From Camelus ferus (taxonomy: Eukaryota), in the NCBI RefSeq assembly GCF_009834535.1, contig NC_045696.1, positions 23,004,001 to 23,068,000 of the forward strand: a stretch of DNA of 64,000 nt, given 5' to 3'. The notes under the pieces were generated by a model. That model made no database searches. It was not told the origin of the DNA and worked only from the letters and a program-made list of their open reading frames with translations. The number at the start of each line of letters is the position of its first letter. The stretch's first letter is position 1. Shown in pieces: positions 1-13,558 of the stretch. Position numbers and translations under genes: made by a program.

Positions 1-333
1 ATGAAAATGTTCCTTCTTCCCAATGAATTTCTATTCTAGCAAGTGACAAAAGTTCCCGTGGACAAACATTTCCATACTTTCTAACAAAAGTACGGTGAAT
101 TAAATCTTTCACCACTTCCTTAAGCAGAATCTAAAGCCAAATGGGAAAGCAAGTCTTAGTATTTAAGCCAAACATACTCAGTAGTACTAAAAGGAATCAT
201 GTTCTACCTGCATTAAAAAATGTTTCAATTTTTCAATGATGGGTGAATCTTTATACTTGTGTTTGCAAAAATTTTTAAATTATATTCAGTGCCTTACAAA
301 ATTATGGGCTGACGTTACCCCTGCTCCATGTAA

Positions 334-359
<26 letters not shown>
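334..359. repeat. (CA)n microsatellite
   Basis: Perfect AC dinucleotide run of 13 units. Confidence 0.95.
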
Positions 360-365
<6 letters not shown>

Positions 366-821
366 ATACATAACAAAGATTTTAAAGCGTAATCAAACCA
401 TGACTTGCTTAATAAAAGAAAACCATCAAAAAAAAAATCAAATATCTAGGAAACATATCCTGAAAAAGTCTGTGGCCTTTTATGAGCCATGCTTTTGGGT
501 CACTTTCTTTAGGAGTGGTAGGAGTGAATGCACCTAAACACACGTGCCTGGGAAACATTCTGGTGTCCTCCCAATTTGTAATTCAGTATACAAAGAATTC
601 TAAACCATAAAACAAAAATTTACACATGTGCTGAAATTTAAAATGCTTTTTTTTCCTAGATTGCAAAATTCTGGACAACTTTTGCTAACGTCCTAAGCAC
701 ATACATGCCTTAAAGTGGCTGGTGCGGTGTCAAACATAGCAGACACGTGTTCCCCATGCTAAGCACAGCAAGAAGAAAGTAGACAAGTCCTCACAGAAAG
801 AAAAATTTAAATTTTGAATTC

Positions 822-940
822 TCATTCACTTATTCAGTAGATATTTATTAAGTACTAGTATGTGGCCAGGCCTTGTGATAGACACAGGGGAACAGCAATG
901 AATCAAATGGACATGCCCCCATGCTGGAGTCATCTAGTAA
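822..940 (-). mobile_element. L2 LINE 3'-end fragment
   Basis: TCATTCACTTATTCAGTAGATATTTATTAAGTACTAGTATGTGGCCAGG...AACAGCAATGAATCAAA resembles the reverse complement of the L2 3' terminus. Confidence 0.6.
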
Positions 941-1249
941 GAACTTTCAAGTGAGAAAAGCTCACTTCTAAACAAAAGTGTTGTAGGTCTTAAAGGAGCA
1001 TATTAGTGGCAGACTATTCAAGAAACAAACTAATAGGAATTGGAATGTGGAAGTGAAATGGAATTAAAAAATAAATTACAGATAGAGATGCTTTTTGTCA
1101 TCTTGCTGTTTTAAATTTTCTCTTTTTAATAAAAAATATATTAATCAATTTTTCATAATTCTGTTTGACTCCTTAAGAACCTAATTTGAAAACTATATAT
1201 TGCCCTCTCAATTAAAAAACAAAACAAAACATGACAGGAGACATAGGAG

Positions 1250-4200
1250 ATGTTCACTTCCAGGAAACCTGATGAGATGTAGCTTTTTGTAAATCTTCCT
1301 GCTAGGTACAACTAAAAAACCTGGACATTGTACATAAAACAAATGTAAGGAGACAACTCTAAAAGAAGGAGAGAAGGCAGTCCAGTTAGGGACCTCAGGA
1401 CCCAAGGAACAATATAGTGGTGAGTTCCTTGGATTTTAATTTTCCCTCATATATCCAACATTTGGAGCTGAAGAAGCCTGCAACCCAGAGACATCAAATG
1501 GTGCAGAACAAAAAATCCCCAACAAAAGCTTATTCTCTCTAACCAAAAATTAGGAAAGCAGCAGGCTAGAGAGACAGAAAGCACTGGGATAATATCACTT
1601 TGCTCCAGTCAAGCACCACACAAACACCTACACTACGCCACACCTGCCAAAGCAGAGTGGGGAGCTTTGTACCATCCTTGCTAGGTTAGAACAATGTGCC
1701 ACAACGTCCTCTTCCCAGCCCCAGGAAAGTCTGAGTAGGGAATTGAGACGTTCATCCTCGTCAAGGGGTGACACGGTCCCTTTACTCCCACCAAAAGCAG
1801 CATCAGTGGAGACTTCATTCAGATCCTGGACATCCACTCAACCTAAAAGTAATGGGCATCCTTCACAAAGGGGGTCTATTGGAGAATCAGGACATAAGAT
1901 AAGCATTCACAAGATAACCTCATTCTCCTCTAACTTATAAGCCAGCATAAGCCATGACGGGAGCAGTAACAAAGCACTCAAACCCTTCCTAGCCAGGAAG
2001 GTAGTAGTGGAAGCCTACTGAAGAATAGAAACTCTCACCCCCTTCCTGAAGTAACAAAGAGCCCTCCCACTCAGGTGTCAATGGTGGCCACAATGGGGAG
2101 ACCTGGACTTCTACCAAGACCTGGCAGAGACAAAGCTATCCCCCTGTTTTTTGCTAGTTAGTGTTTTTGTTGGTTAGAGGAAGCTAGCTAAAACAGAAGG
2201 TTTAAATAAGATCCAGAGTCTCATAACATCATACCCAAATGTCCAGATTTCAACTGAGAATCATGTTATATACAGAAGCAGGAGGATCTCAAACTGAACA
2301 TAAAAAGACAATCATGCATGTGAACATCAAGATGATAGACATATTAGAACCACCTCATGAAGATTTTAAAGCAGCCATCATGAAAATGCTTCAATAAGCA
2401 ATTATGAACATGGCTGAAATAAATTTTAAAAAGTTAAAATTCTTAGTGAAGAAAAGAAAATATAAAGAATAACCATATGAAAATTTTATAACTAAAATAT
2501 ATGACAGCTGAAACTTTTTAGAAACTGGAGGGGTCAAAGGAAAGAATCAGTGAACTGGAAGCTAGAACAATAAAAATTACCCAATCTGAACTACACAGAA
2601 AATATATATGCTTAAAAAAGAAACAAGTAACAGAGACTCAGGCAACCATAGAACTATAAGAAAAGGTAAAACATTTATGTCACTGGAATCCCAGAAAGAG
2701 AGGATAAAGAGGACAAGGTTTAAAACATGCTCAAAGAAATAATGGCTGGAAACTCCCCAAATTTAGCAGAAGGCATACAGATTCAAGAAGCTAAGCAAAC
2801 CACAAGCAGGAAATGCACAAAGAAATCCACACCAAAACACATTTAGGCAAACTTCTGAAAACTAAAGACAAAGAAGAAATCTTGAAAGCACCAAGAGAAA
2901 AACTTAACTTTACTGACAGGGAAAAAAATTCTGACAAGTGAGTTTCTCATCAGAAACCATGGAGGTCAGAAGGAAGGGGCACAATATTTTTAATGGCTGA
3001 ATTAAAGAATTGTTAACCCAGGATCCTATATCTATAGAAAATATCCTTTAGGAATGAAGGGAAAATCAAAGTAGAATCCGATGAAGGAACACTAAGGTAA
3101 TTTTCAACTGTAAACCTACCCTAAAAGAATGGCTAAGGAAATTGTCTAAACAGAAAGGAAGTGATAAAAGAAGAACCTTGGAACTTTAGAAAGGAAGAAA
3201 GAATTTAGTAATAAAAAATATGAGCAAAAATAATTGGTTTTCCTCCTCTGGAGTTTTCTAAATTATGATTGATAGTGAAAACAAAAATTAAACACTATCT
3301 GATGTGGTTCTAAATGTATGCAGAAGAAATATTTAAGAAAATTATATTACAAATAGATAAGGATAAAGGTACAAAAAAGGAGGTAATATTCATATACTTC
3401 ACCTGAACTGGTAAAATGAAGATACCAGTAGACTGTGATGTGTATGTATAATTTAATACATAAAGCAACCACTAAAAACTACATAAAGAAATACACTGAA
3501 AAACACTAGGTAAGTCAAAATTCTAAACTTTGTTTAACTAACACACATGTGGGTAGGAGAAATGAAAAACAGGGAAAAAAAAACCCCAGAAAACAAAGTA
3601 TAAAATGGCAGACTTAAACCTTAGCATATCAATAACTAAATTCAGTGTAAATTGTCTGAATGTATCAATTAAATTGCAGACATTTGCACAGTGAAGTAAA
3701 AAAAAAAAACATGGCTCAATTATATGCTATCTACAAAGAACTCAATTCAAACAAGATGATATACACAGGTTGAAAGTAAAATGATGGAAACAATATATAT
3801 CATGCAAAAATTAATCAAAGAAAGCAATATTAATGTCAAGTAGATGAGACTTTGAAGCAGAGAAAATTACCAGAGATAGAGATGAACATCACAAAATGAT
3901 AAAAAGAAGACAAAACAACAAGAAGACATAACAACCCTGAATGTGTATCTACCAAACAAAAGGGCTGCAAACTGTGTAATGTGAAAACTGGTAAAATAGA
4001 AAAGAAAAACAGACAAAGCTATGATTATAGTTGTAAACTTCAACACACTTTTCTCAACAATTGATAAAACAACTAGACAGAAAATAAGCACAAATATAGA
4101 ACTCAACAACATCATCAAACAACAGGATCTAATGGACATTTTTAGAACATACCACCCAGCAACAGCAGAATATACATTCTTTTCAAGTGCCCACAACCAG

Positions 4201-7200
4201 ATGCCAAGACAGGCCACATCCTGGTCCATAAAACAAATCTCAACAATTAAAAACAAATGAAATAATACAGTGTGTTTTCTGACCAAATGAAATCAAAGTA
4301 GAAAACAAAAAAAGATAACAGAAAAATCTCCAAACTCTTGGAAAGGAATCAATACACTTCTAAATATCATTAGATCCAAGGGGAAGTCTCAAGGGAAAAA
4401 ATGCATTGGAGTGAATAAAAATGAAAATACAACACAGCAAAATCTGTGAGACAACACTCAGCAGTGCTCAGAGGGAACTTGATAGCACTGACTGCATATA
4501 TTGGAAAAGAGAAAAGTTTCAAACCAGTAGTCAAAGGTCCAACTTCAAAATCAAGAATAAGAAGAGTAAAATCAACCTAAAGCAGAGAAGGAAACCAAGT
4601 AATAAGGGTAAAAACACAAATAAATAAAACTGAAAACAGAAAAATTACAGGGAAGATCAACGAATCCATGAGTTGTTTCTTTGGAAAGATTAATAAACTT
4701 GGCAAACCTCCAGCAAGACTGACAAATAAAAAAGAAAGAAGACACAAATGATCAATTTCATAATAAAATTAGATATGTCACTACAGACCCTTGCGGACAT
4801 CTAAAAACAATAATGGAAAACTACACAAACACTAAACATAGAACCTAGACAAATAAGATGAAACAGACCAATTCTTAAAAAACACAAATTACCACAACTC
4901 ATCCAATATAAATTAGATCACTGGGATAGCCCTATATCTATTTTAAAAATTGACTAGTTTATAATTTAAAAACTCCCTCAAAGAGAAATCTCAAGTCTTA
5001 GACAGTTTCGTTGAATGATTCTAACAAATATTTATAACAGACTTATTGCAAATTCTAAATTTTTTTTGAGAAAATAGAATAGAGAGCAATTCCCAATTTA
5101 TATTATGAAAATGTTATCTTGATAATAAACCCAAAGACAGTAGAAAAAGAAAAGTATAGACTAATATCCCTCAAGAAAATGGACCTAAAATCCTTAATAA
5201 AATAAAAGGAATTATAGGTTATGACAGTTGAGGTTTATTACAGGGATGCAATATTCAAAAATCAGTCAATATAATCTATCATATTTACAGGCTAAAGAAG
5301 AAAGATCACATGAAAATATGAATGGATGCAGAAGATGCAGTTGACAAAATTCAGGCCCCATTCACGATTGAAAAAGCTTTGACAACTAGGAATAGAGGGA
5401 ATTTCCTCAATTTGATAAAGATCTTCCACAAAAAAACCTCCCTATAGTCAACATTATACTCAATGGTGAAAGACTAAAAGCTGTTCCCTAAAATCAGCAG
5501 TACGGCAAGGATGTTCATTCTCACCACCCTTATTCAACACAGTGCTGTAAGTTCTATTCTAGCTAGGGTAATAAAGTTAAAAAAAATAGATACAAATATA
5601 ACAGTAATGAACATCACTCAAAAATTATATATTTAGGTATAGGTTCAAAAAACAATGTACCAAATGTTTATGCTGAAAACTATAAAAATGCTGATGAAGG
5701 AAGTCTAAGAGATTTGGAGAAACATATGTTCACAGATTGCAAGTCTCAACATAGTAAAGATGTTAATTCTTCCCAAATTAATATGTGTAGGTTTAGTGTA
5801 ATTCCTATCAAAATCCCAAAGAGATTTTTTCTAGAGATAGATTAAATGATTATAAACTTTATATAGAATTGCAAAGGAACTAGAATAGCTAAAACAATGT
5901 TGGAAAAAAATATGTTGGGAAAAATTATCCAATTTCAAGACGTATTGTGTAATAATATATTACTTAACATATAGATATATAATCTATATGATAATATATT
6001 ATTAATAATAAACATAATATTAGATTACTATTTGATTGTAATCAAGACTGTGTGGTTATTGGCAAAGGAACAGAAACATCGATCAATGAAATAGAAGAGG
6101 GAATCTGGAAATAGATCATATATACATCCATAATCAATTTTTGACAAAGATGAAAAAACAACTTGATGGAGGAAAGACAGCCTTTTCAACAACAAATAAC
6201 AGTGGAGTAATTAAACATCCACAAACCAAAAAAAAGGGAAAAGAATACTTTGACGTATAACTCACATTGACTCAAAAATTTAAAAATTTATTGATGTAAC
6301 TTATTAATCTATTTTATTATTTGTTTTATTTATTTATATTATTTTAATTAATTAATTAATTAATTAAAAATAACTAAAAAACCTACTTAAAAATTAACTT
6401 AAATGTTAATTTAAACATAAAACTATAAAACTATAAAACTTCTAGAAAATGCAGAGAACAAATTCTTTGGGATTTAGGCATGGGCAAAGAATTCCTAGAA
6501 TTGACACCAAAATCACAATCCATAATGAAAAACTGACAGATTGATCATCAAAATTAGAAACTTTTGTTCCATAAAGTCTCCACTGAGGGGATGAAAAGAC
6601 AAGCTACAGATTGAAAGAAAGTATCTTCAAACCACATATATGACAAAGGACAAGTATGTAGAAGATACAAAGAAATCTCACAACTCACCAGTAAAAAAAT
6701 CAAACAATACAAATGGAAATGGGCAAAAGATAAGAGACATTTTATCCATGAGGATACACAGATGACAAATAAGCACATTAAAAGATGTTGAACATTATTA
6801 GCCATTAGGAAAATGCAAATGAAAACCACAATGACATATTACTACCCCTCTATTAGAAGAGCTAAAACTAAAAAAAGTGACAACATCAAATGTTGGTGAG
6901 GTATTGGATCACTCATATTATTGCTGATGGGAATGTAAAACGGCACAGCAATGCTGGAAAAGAGTTTGGCACATTCTTTTACAAACCAAACATATGTTTA
7001 CCATACGACCCAGCAATTTCACTCTTGGGCATTTATCCCAAAGAAATGAAAATTTATGTTCATGCAAAAACCTGTACATGAATGTTTATAGCAGCTTTTT
7101 TCATAATAACCCCAAACTGGAAACAACCCAGATGTTCTTCAGTGGGTAAGTAGTCAAACAAACTGATACATCCATACTGTGGGATACTACTCAGCAATAA

Positions 7201-7597
7201 AGAGGAACAGACTACTGATACACACAATAACCTGGGTGATTTAAAGAGATATGCTGAATGAGAACAGCCAGTCCCCAAAGGTTAAATTCTTGATGATCCC
7301 ATTTCTAAATTTTTGAAATGATAAAATTATAGAAATGGAAAATAGAATAGTAGTTAAGATGTTAAGGTGGGATGGAAGTGGGAGGGAAGCAGTACAGGTA
7401 TACAAGAGCAACATGAAGAATCCTTTATGGCGATTAAAGTATTCTGTCTTGACTGTATCCACATTCCATATCTAGGTTGTGATATTGTTCTACTGTTTTT
7501 AAGTGCTAATTGGGTACATAATACTTGGTATCTCTTTGTAGTATGTCTTATAACTGCATGTGAGTTATCTCAACATACATGGTTTAATTTTTTTTAA
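1250..7597 (+). mobile_element. Near-full-length decayed LINE-1 (L1MCa-type 5' end, L1MC2-like 3' end)
   Basis: The 5' end CACTTCCAGGAA...GTACAACTAAAAAACCTGGACATT...GGGACCTCAGGACCCAAGGAAC matches the L1MCa 5' UTR as I recall it. ORF1-like A-rich region at ~2400-3200. ORF2 remnants include HPATAEYTFFSSAH and PYDPAISLLGIYPKEMK. The 3' UTR GAGCAACATGAAGAATCC...CTTGACTGTATC...ATAACTGCATGTGAG is L1MC2-like. Many stops and frameshifts. Confidence 0.9.
3605..7200 (+). pseudogene. Degenerate L1 ORF2 (endonuclease/reverse transcriptase) inside the L1MC element
   Basis: ORF 4021-4260 encodes L1 endonuclease motifs (VNFNTLFSTIDK...DLMDIFRTYHPATAEYTFFSSAH). ORF 6890-7081 encodes the C-terminal PYDPAISLLGIYP motif. 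Not intact. Confidence 0.85.
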
Positions 7598-7793
7598 GTA
7601 ACAAATACACTAAGGCAACTGCTTTTAACTGGCTGCTTATACTGTCCTTGTGTGATTGTAAAGAAAACTCTCCTGGAAAAATCTGAACAAACTAGCTGCC
7701 TATTGGTTCATTTGGACTTGAAATTCCAGAGTGCTAGTTAATAAACAAGGATTTCATGAGCTAGGAAAATTAGCTTGAGGAAATGTTCTAAAT

Positions 7794-8106
7794 CAGGGGT
7801 CAGCAGACTTTTCTGTAAAGGGCCAGATATTAAATGTCGTAGGTGCTGTATGTCATATGGTCTATGCCGCAGCTTCTTGACTCTGCTTTGCAGTACGAAA
7901 ACAGTCCAGATAATACATAAAGAATGTGGTAGTGTTCCAATAAAACTTTATTATGGACAACACAATTTTAATTCATCAATTTTCACGTACAAAATAATAT
8001 GTCTGTTTTTTCAACATGAATAAATGCAAAAGCAATTCTTAGCAAGTAGAGTGTACAAAAATAGGTCCCGGAGTTGGCCCATCAACTATTAGTTTGTTGA
8101 CCTCTG
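7794..8106 (+). mobile_element. MER58B-like hAT-Charlie MITE
   Basis: Starts CAGGGGTCAGCAGACTTTTCTGTAAAGGGCCAGATA, has internal GTGTTCCAATAAAACTTTATT, ends TAGTTTGTTGACCTCTG. Degenerate 8-bp TSD TTCTAAAT/AGCTAAAT. Confidence 0.85.
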
Positions 8107-8563
8107 AGCTAAATTACATTTTAAAAAATCTTCTGTTGCCTCATGTTTCAGTTTTGTTTTCTTCTTGAACATCTTTTATATTTCAAAAGATGCTAACTGC
8201 TTACATTTAAGAATTCTCCCTCGCTGTCCTACCATCTATGTTTTCCTTTCTCGTGTTGCCAAGGAATACAAATAGAAGTTTTACTGTTAAAATGTTGAGT
8301 TTGGGACAGAGTAGAAAATCGAATAAAGGTATCTTCTCCCAATACTATCATTTGTTTAATTTTCTTCGTAATTTTAGTGAGAAATAATGCTTCCTTCTAC
8401 AGGGCCTCTCTGATGATGCATACTTTGAGAATCTTTAAAAGAAGACATTACATGAAGCAAACTATTTGAAAGGTTCAAATTTATTTAATCAGAAAATGTT
8501 TAAAAAGATAAGTAAAAGGGCTATTAGAAACAGCATGGCAGGTGTGGTTATAGGTATTACTTG

Positions 8564-9032
8564 TGCAGGAGTTCAGAAAAGACCCTCCCCAAGATGTACC
8601 ACTCTGGCATGTCGATTACTTTGAGCTAATGGCAAATGACAACCTGGTGGCTCAAGAGAAATGATTATGCCTCCCTTAACTTCCTAAGACAATTTAAACT
8701 GGGGAGGTTTTTCCAAAAGAGTTATTACAGGTAAGTGCTATCTTAGTGGCCCCACTTACACGGCAGAGCAAACCTCTAATTATCAAACATCTGCTCTTCT
8801 CATCATCCTGTGAATGACCTTAGAAGCCCATGTCCTCATCCCATCCCTTAGCTCAGGATGTAATACATACCTTATTTTCCCTTTTTGTCTTTGAACTTCG
8901 CATGCATGTGGGGTTCTCTACATACAAAATTAATTTTATTTTCTCCTGTTAATCTTTCTCATGTTAATGTAATTCTTAGAGTACCCAGAAGAACCTAGAA
9001 AGGTAGAGGAAAGTTTATCCTCCTCCTTGACA
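8564..9032 (+). mobile_element. ERV1 solo LTR, MER34-like
   Basis: TG...CA termini with a perfect 4-bp TSD CTTG (8560-8563 and 9033-9036). Start TGCAGGAGTTCAGAAAAGACCCTCCCCAAGATGTACCACTCTGGCAT...TTTGAGCT and end AGAAGAACCTAGAAAGGTAGAGGAAAG are MER34-family hallmarks. Confidence 0.85.
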
Positions 9033-9143
9033 CTTGCATGGTGGTGGTTGGTGGGAGGGGGTGTAGGTAATGATGAGTAGAAATGTAAAAGTAGTAAAAA
9101 GCAGAAAAAATGTAGCTCATGACAATAAAAAGTAAACTGAAAT

Positions 9144-9507
9144 GGTTAAAGGAATTAAACAAAGAGGGTATTAGATGAGGCGGCTTTAAAGCCTTCGTAG
9201 CCTTTGCGAGTAGGCTACAACCTAAGCCTGAAATGCCTCAAGGTTAAGAAATTGAAACCTAAGGACAACCAATCACAAATAGCCAACTAGCCTTTCCCAA
9301 TTTAGGCAACAAATTAAGCTATGACCAATCAAGTAACTTCCTGGTTTTGCTCCTGTGTATTCTCTGTGAAGTCTATACCCTAGTTCCTGACGTGAAGCCC
9401 TTCTGAAAGCACCCAACCACTTTCAGTTTGGCACTGCCAGATTCAAATCAATTTTTGCTCCAATTAATACTTCAAATGTTTAATATGCCTCAAATTATCT
9501 TATAACA
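9144..9507 (+). mobile_element. ERV1-type solo LTR (family uncertain)
   Basis: Begins GGTTAAAG and ends TATCTTATAACA, with a 4-bp TSD AAAT on both sides. Contains two CCAATC boxes and an LTR-like U3/R/U5 composition. Confidence 0.7.
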
Positions 9508-12500
9508 AAATTAAACCTAAGTCAGAAAAAAATAAAGCCACATTAAGCACAACAAGAAATTTAAAAGCAAAGCCTAGATGGGAGTAAGGACAGTAAGTAA
9601 CAACTTGTATATTCTTGAAGTCAAAATACTCCATTTAGGCCATGTGAGTTAGGAGAAGGCTTCTAATGCAATTATAATTTTCATAAAAAATAAGATTTTT
9701 CCACAAAAAATGCTTAAAGACACATTAAAACACAATTATTAAATCAGATAAATGAAGAACATTCTGGAGTCTTCAGACCATATTGTCTGACTTTCTTTAG
9801 AAAATGAGAATGAACAGACAGAGAACAAAGCCTTTAAAAAAATTAACTGACTTCAAATAATGCAGAAAATTAAGTTGCTTATTAATTTTACCCTTATGAT
9901 CAAATCAACATTAAGACTTATTAAGAAATTATGACCATCCATTATCTTTGTATCAGGTGGGAGGTGATGAAAACATTTCAATTGAAATGAGAATTTCTAA
10001 GTAAAAGTGATTTCTCAAAACATTGACCGTAAAGTACAATGAGGTGTCATCATTACTGATATGAGTTAATATGTGTACCTAAAAGTCTTGTTAAAATCCT
10101 TCAACAGATTTGAATACAGAACATTTATTGAGCACTCTCAAATTATAGGTCTGGTACTAAGCAATTTTTGTGAATTGATTTAATTGATGATTCTAAGACT
10201 TCTCTAATTCAGCTTTAATGAGCGTGAAGTTCATACATGTATGGTTATCTTTGCTGGCATAACACATACACATTGGGAAAAAGAGAGTTGTTTTTAAGTG
10301 TGGTAACATTGGTGTTTTAAATGGCTTAGAGTTTTTTAACCATTGCTTTTGCACTAACTATGGAATGGTACATTTCAACTGTTATTTTTCCAAAACAGAG
10401 AAACTAAATAATACGCAATTCTCGGTATATGAATCTTTTCTAAGTAATTTTAAAAATGCCTCTTTTGCTGCTTTTGGATATCTGGACCTTCTCAGATCTA
10501 GAGATCTGGTCCACAAGTAATTAGCAGATTCTTTCAGGCTTTGGTTAGTTTCAGAATTTGGGGGACAAAGATCACCTCCCTGGAAACATATAAACCAGAT
10601 TATAAGTGCCTTAAATGAATTGATTTCAGATTAAGAAAAAAAAATCAAGCCCATAAATTCAGTGTACATCATAAATGCTCTCCTTGCATGGAATTTTTAA
10701 TCATTTCTAGCACTATATTAAGAATTGGAGAAGATGAATCGTATTAAGTTTAAAATGAATAAATTTGGGTAGTTAAAAATGTTGCAGTCTTGTAAAATTG
10801 TTAGTTGTCTTATTAATTTGACTTTTTTAAGAAGAGCATTTATCTTAAATATGCATGATACTTGATTTCTGGCTCACATACAAGTGAGGCTCACATGTTA
10901 AGTATGGTAATCTTAGAAGCCTGGCATCTTTCTTGCCCACTTAGTAGCTATGACTTATATGTTAACTAATTTCAGATTTTATGGAAATGAAGGGCTATAG
11001 GAACATATGTTTAGCAAAGTGGAAGTTTTTATTAGAAGAGTTAAGCAACAAAGTCATAAATAGGCAAGACTTTCCTTCCTACTTAATAGGACACACTTAC
11101 AAAGGCTCTCTCTACTTGATATCAAATATCCACATGGATTCACCAATTGCATCCCCAGAAATAAGTGGTATAGCCTTTGGAAATATACAGAGCATGAGTC
11201 AAAAGTATTCATTCAAAACCCAATCCCAGGACTGAGGCAATATTGGGAGTGCTGCTGGGAAGGGCCTGCCACTCAACTGGGAACACCTGATCATTATATC
11301 TTATTAGCAACTGGATTATTTGATATGAATGTTTTTCTGCAGCCAAATGAATATGCTCAAGTGACGTCCAAGTGTAATGCAAGAATGCTTGATGAATCAA
11401 AAGAGAATAATTATTCATTAACATCATCCCAGAAAGGCAGACGCAATCCATTCTACAATGTATTTAAGTATCTAACTGTACATAAGGAACTGCACCTCGG
11501 TTCTCTGTTCACCACATCTTTTTCCACTGTCTGTTCTCAATTATGGCTAGCATAGTCTACTTTTGAAAAGTCACATATGACCTGACTTCACCCTCATGCA
11601 TGTACTGTCAATTGCTGATACATCAAAATAATTTTGATTTCAGATAAAATTGCCCTCAACCTCCCCACTAACTTGCTGTTATGCTGGTGCAGCGTCATCC
11701 TCTAGGTTCACATATCTGCTCTGTGTGTGATGACAGATTCTCCTTAAAAGGAGTGTGGTTGAACAAGAGTGGGCAGAATTAGCAAAACATGGCTTATTCA
11801 TACACTGCCATCTGTAGTCAATTGTGTTAAATTTATTCCAGATTTATAATGGGAATGCTTCAGATTAGTCCCATATTGATGGCCATTGGCCCAACTACAT
11901 CAGTTTTTACATCTTCTTTATCTCTCTAGAACCAAATAAAAATTCCTTGGGATGCTTACATTTGGAATCATCTAATGGGCTACACAAAGAACTCACTGTT
12001 CATATTTTGCATGCAATCTTTTTTCTATTAGCATACTAGTATGAGTGTATGAGTGACAACATTGGTTTTTGTTTATAAACAACCTTCATTTTGTAAGTAA
12101 TGCAAGAATAATTTTATTCCTGTTAACTTCATGAATTAAGAGCATTTTTAATTTCACAAAACACCATGTGTAACTTTAAAAAATGCAAGTGATTTGTACA
12201 TGTATTGAACCCACTTTAATCAAGTCTTTCTTCTATTGTTCCTCAATTCCTTAGCTATAAAAACATTACAGGACTATATATTTTATATTATATTATCAGA
12301 GAACGGAATATCCCACAAATTATTTTTCACTAATAGAACTTTATTCTATAATAGGAAAATAATTTTTAAGCATAAATATGCATTTAGAATACATTGCATA
12401 TTTTATTTACTAAAAGGAATATATTCTCATAATTTTAGGTTTCTAGGTATATATAGTTCTCTTGGTGTCATTATTACAGGCGTTGATTATTAAACTCTGG

Positions 12501-12562
12501 TTGAATATAGTGTCCCAGTTCTGTAATAGAGCAAGATAGTCATTCACACACACACACACACA

Positions 12563-13374
12563 AAAAGCAACAGAATGAAAAGACAAGCCACAGACTGGGA
12601 GAAAAGATTTGCAAAAGATCTCATAAGGGACAATTATCCAAGATATACAAAGAAACTCTTTAAGTTGAACAATAAGAAAACAAATAATCTGATCAAACAG
12701 TGAGCCAAAAACATTAACAGAAAGCTCACCAAGGAAGACATACAGATGGAAAATAAGCATATAAAAAGACATTCTACATCAGTCTTCTCAGGGAAATGCA
12801 AGTTGAAACAGAAATGAGATACTAGTACACACTTACTAGAATGGCCAAAATTTGAAGCACTGACAGTACCAAGTGCTGACAAGGGTGTGGAGCAACAGGA
12901 CCTCACATTCATTACTGTGAGAATACAAAATGGTACAGCACTTTGGAAGACAGTTTGGCAGCTTCTCAAAAAATTAAACATACTCTTACCACATGATCCA
13001 GCAACCACACTCCTTGATATTTACTCAAAGAAGCTGAAAACACTTATCTCTACACAGCAACCTACACACTTCTGTTTACAGCAGCAGGTTAGCGGGAAGG
13101 GAGAGTGATTAGGCAGAGCACAGAGGATTTTCAGGCCAGTGAAACTACCTAAATCCTAGAATGGTGACAGACTTCATGGACTTTGGGTGACAATGATGTA
13201 TTAAAGTAGGTTCATCAATTGTAACAAACTTACCCCTCTCATGGGGGATGTTGGTGATGGGGAAGGCCATGCATGCGTGGGAACTGGGAGCATGTGGGAA
13301 ATCTCCATATCTTCCTTCCTCTCTATTTTGCTGCGAACCTAAAACTTCTGTAAAAAATAAAATCTATTAAAAAA
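12563..13374 (+). mobile_element. L1MC1-like 3' fragment with internal deletions
   Basis: End of ORF2 (GAATGAAAAGACAAGCCACAGACTGGGAGAAAA; PHDPATTLLDIY). 3' UTR GCAGAGCACAGAGGATTTT...GGACTTTGGGTGACAATGATG...TGCTGCGAACCTAAAACT...AATAAAATCTATTAAAAAA. Confidence 0.85.
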
Positions 13375-13550
13375 TGTGCTCCCTTAACTTGCCACGGCAT
13401 TCAGTGCCTAGATAGCCTACTGCACTTAGAGTAAATATAGTTTTCCAAAGATATAATTTGATTATTTATCCCTAAACTACATGTTGTTTACACTTTTATG
13501 TACTTTATAGTGCATGTTATATTGTATATTTTTTATAATTTGAGTTTCAG

Positions 13551-13558
13551 TGACGTCA
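13551..13558. promoter_or_regulatory. Perfect palindromic CRE motif (TGACGTCA)
   Basis: Exact CREB/ATF/CREM consensus with an intact CpG. Function is not shown by sequence alone. Confidence 0.35.

Noticed and set aside
3867..7597. Multiple 60-140 aa ORFs on both strands
   Set aside because: These are sense and antisense fragments of decayed L1 ORF2 and 3' UTR, not host genes.
12443..13108. ORFs of 109, 124 and 73 aa
   Set aside because: They lie within the L1MC1 fragment.
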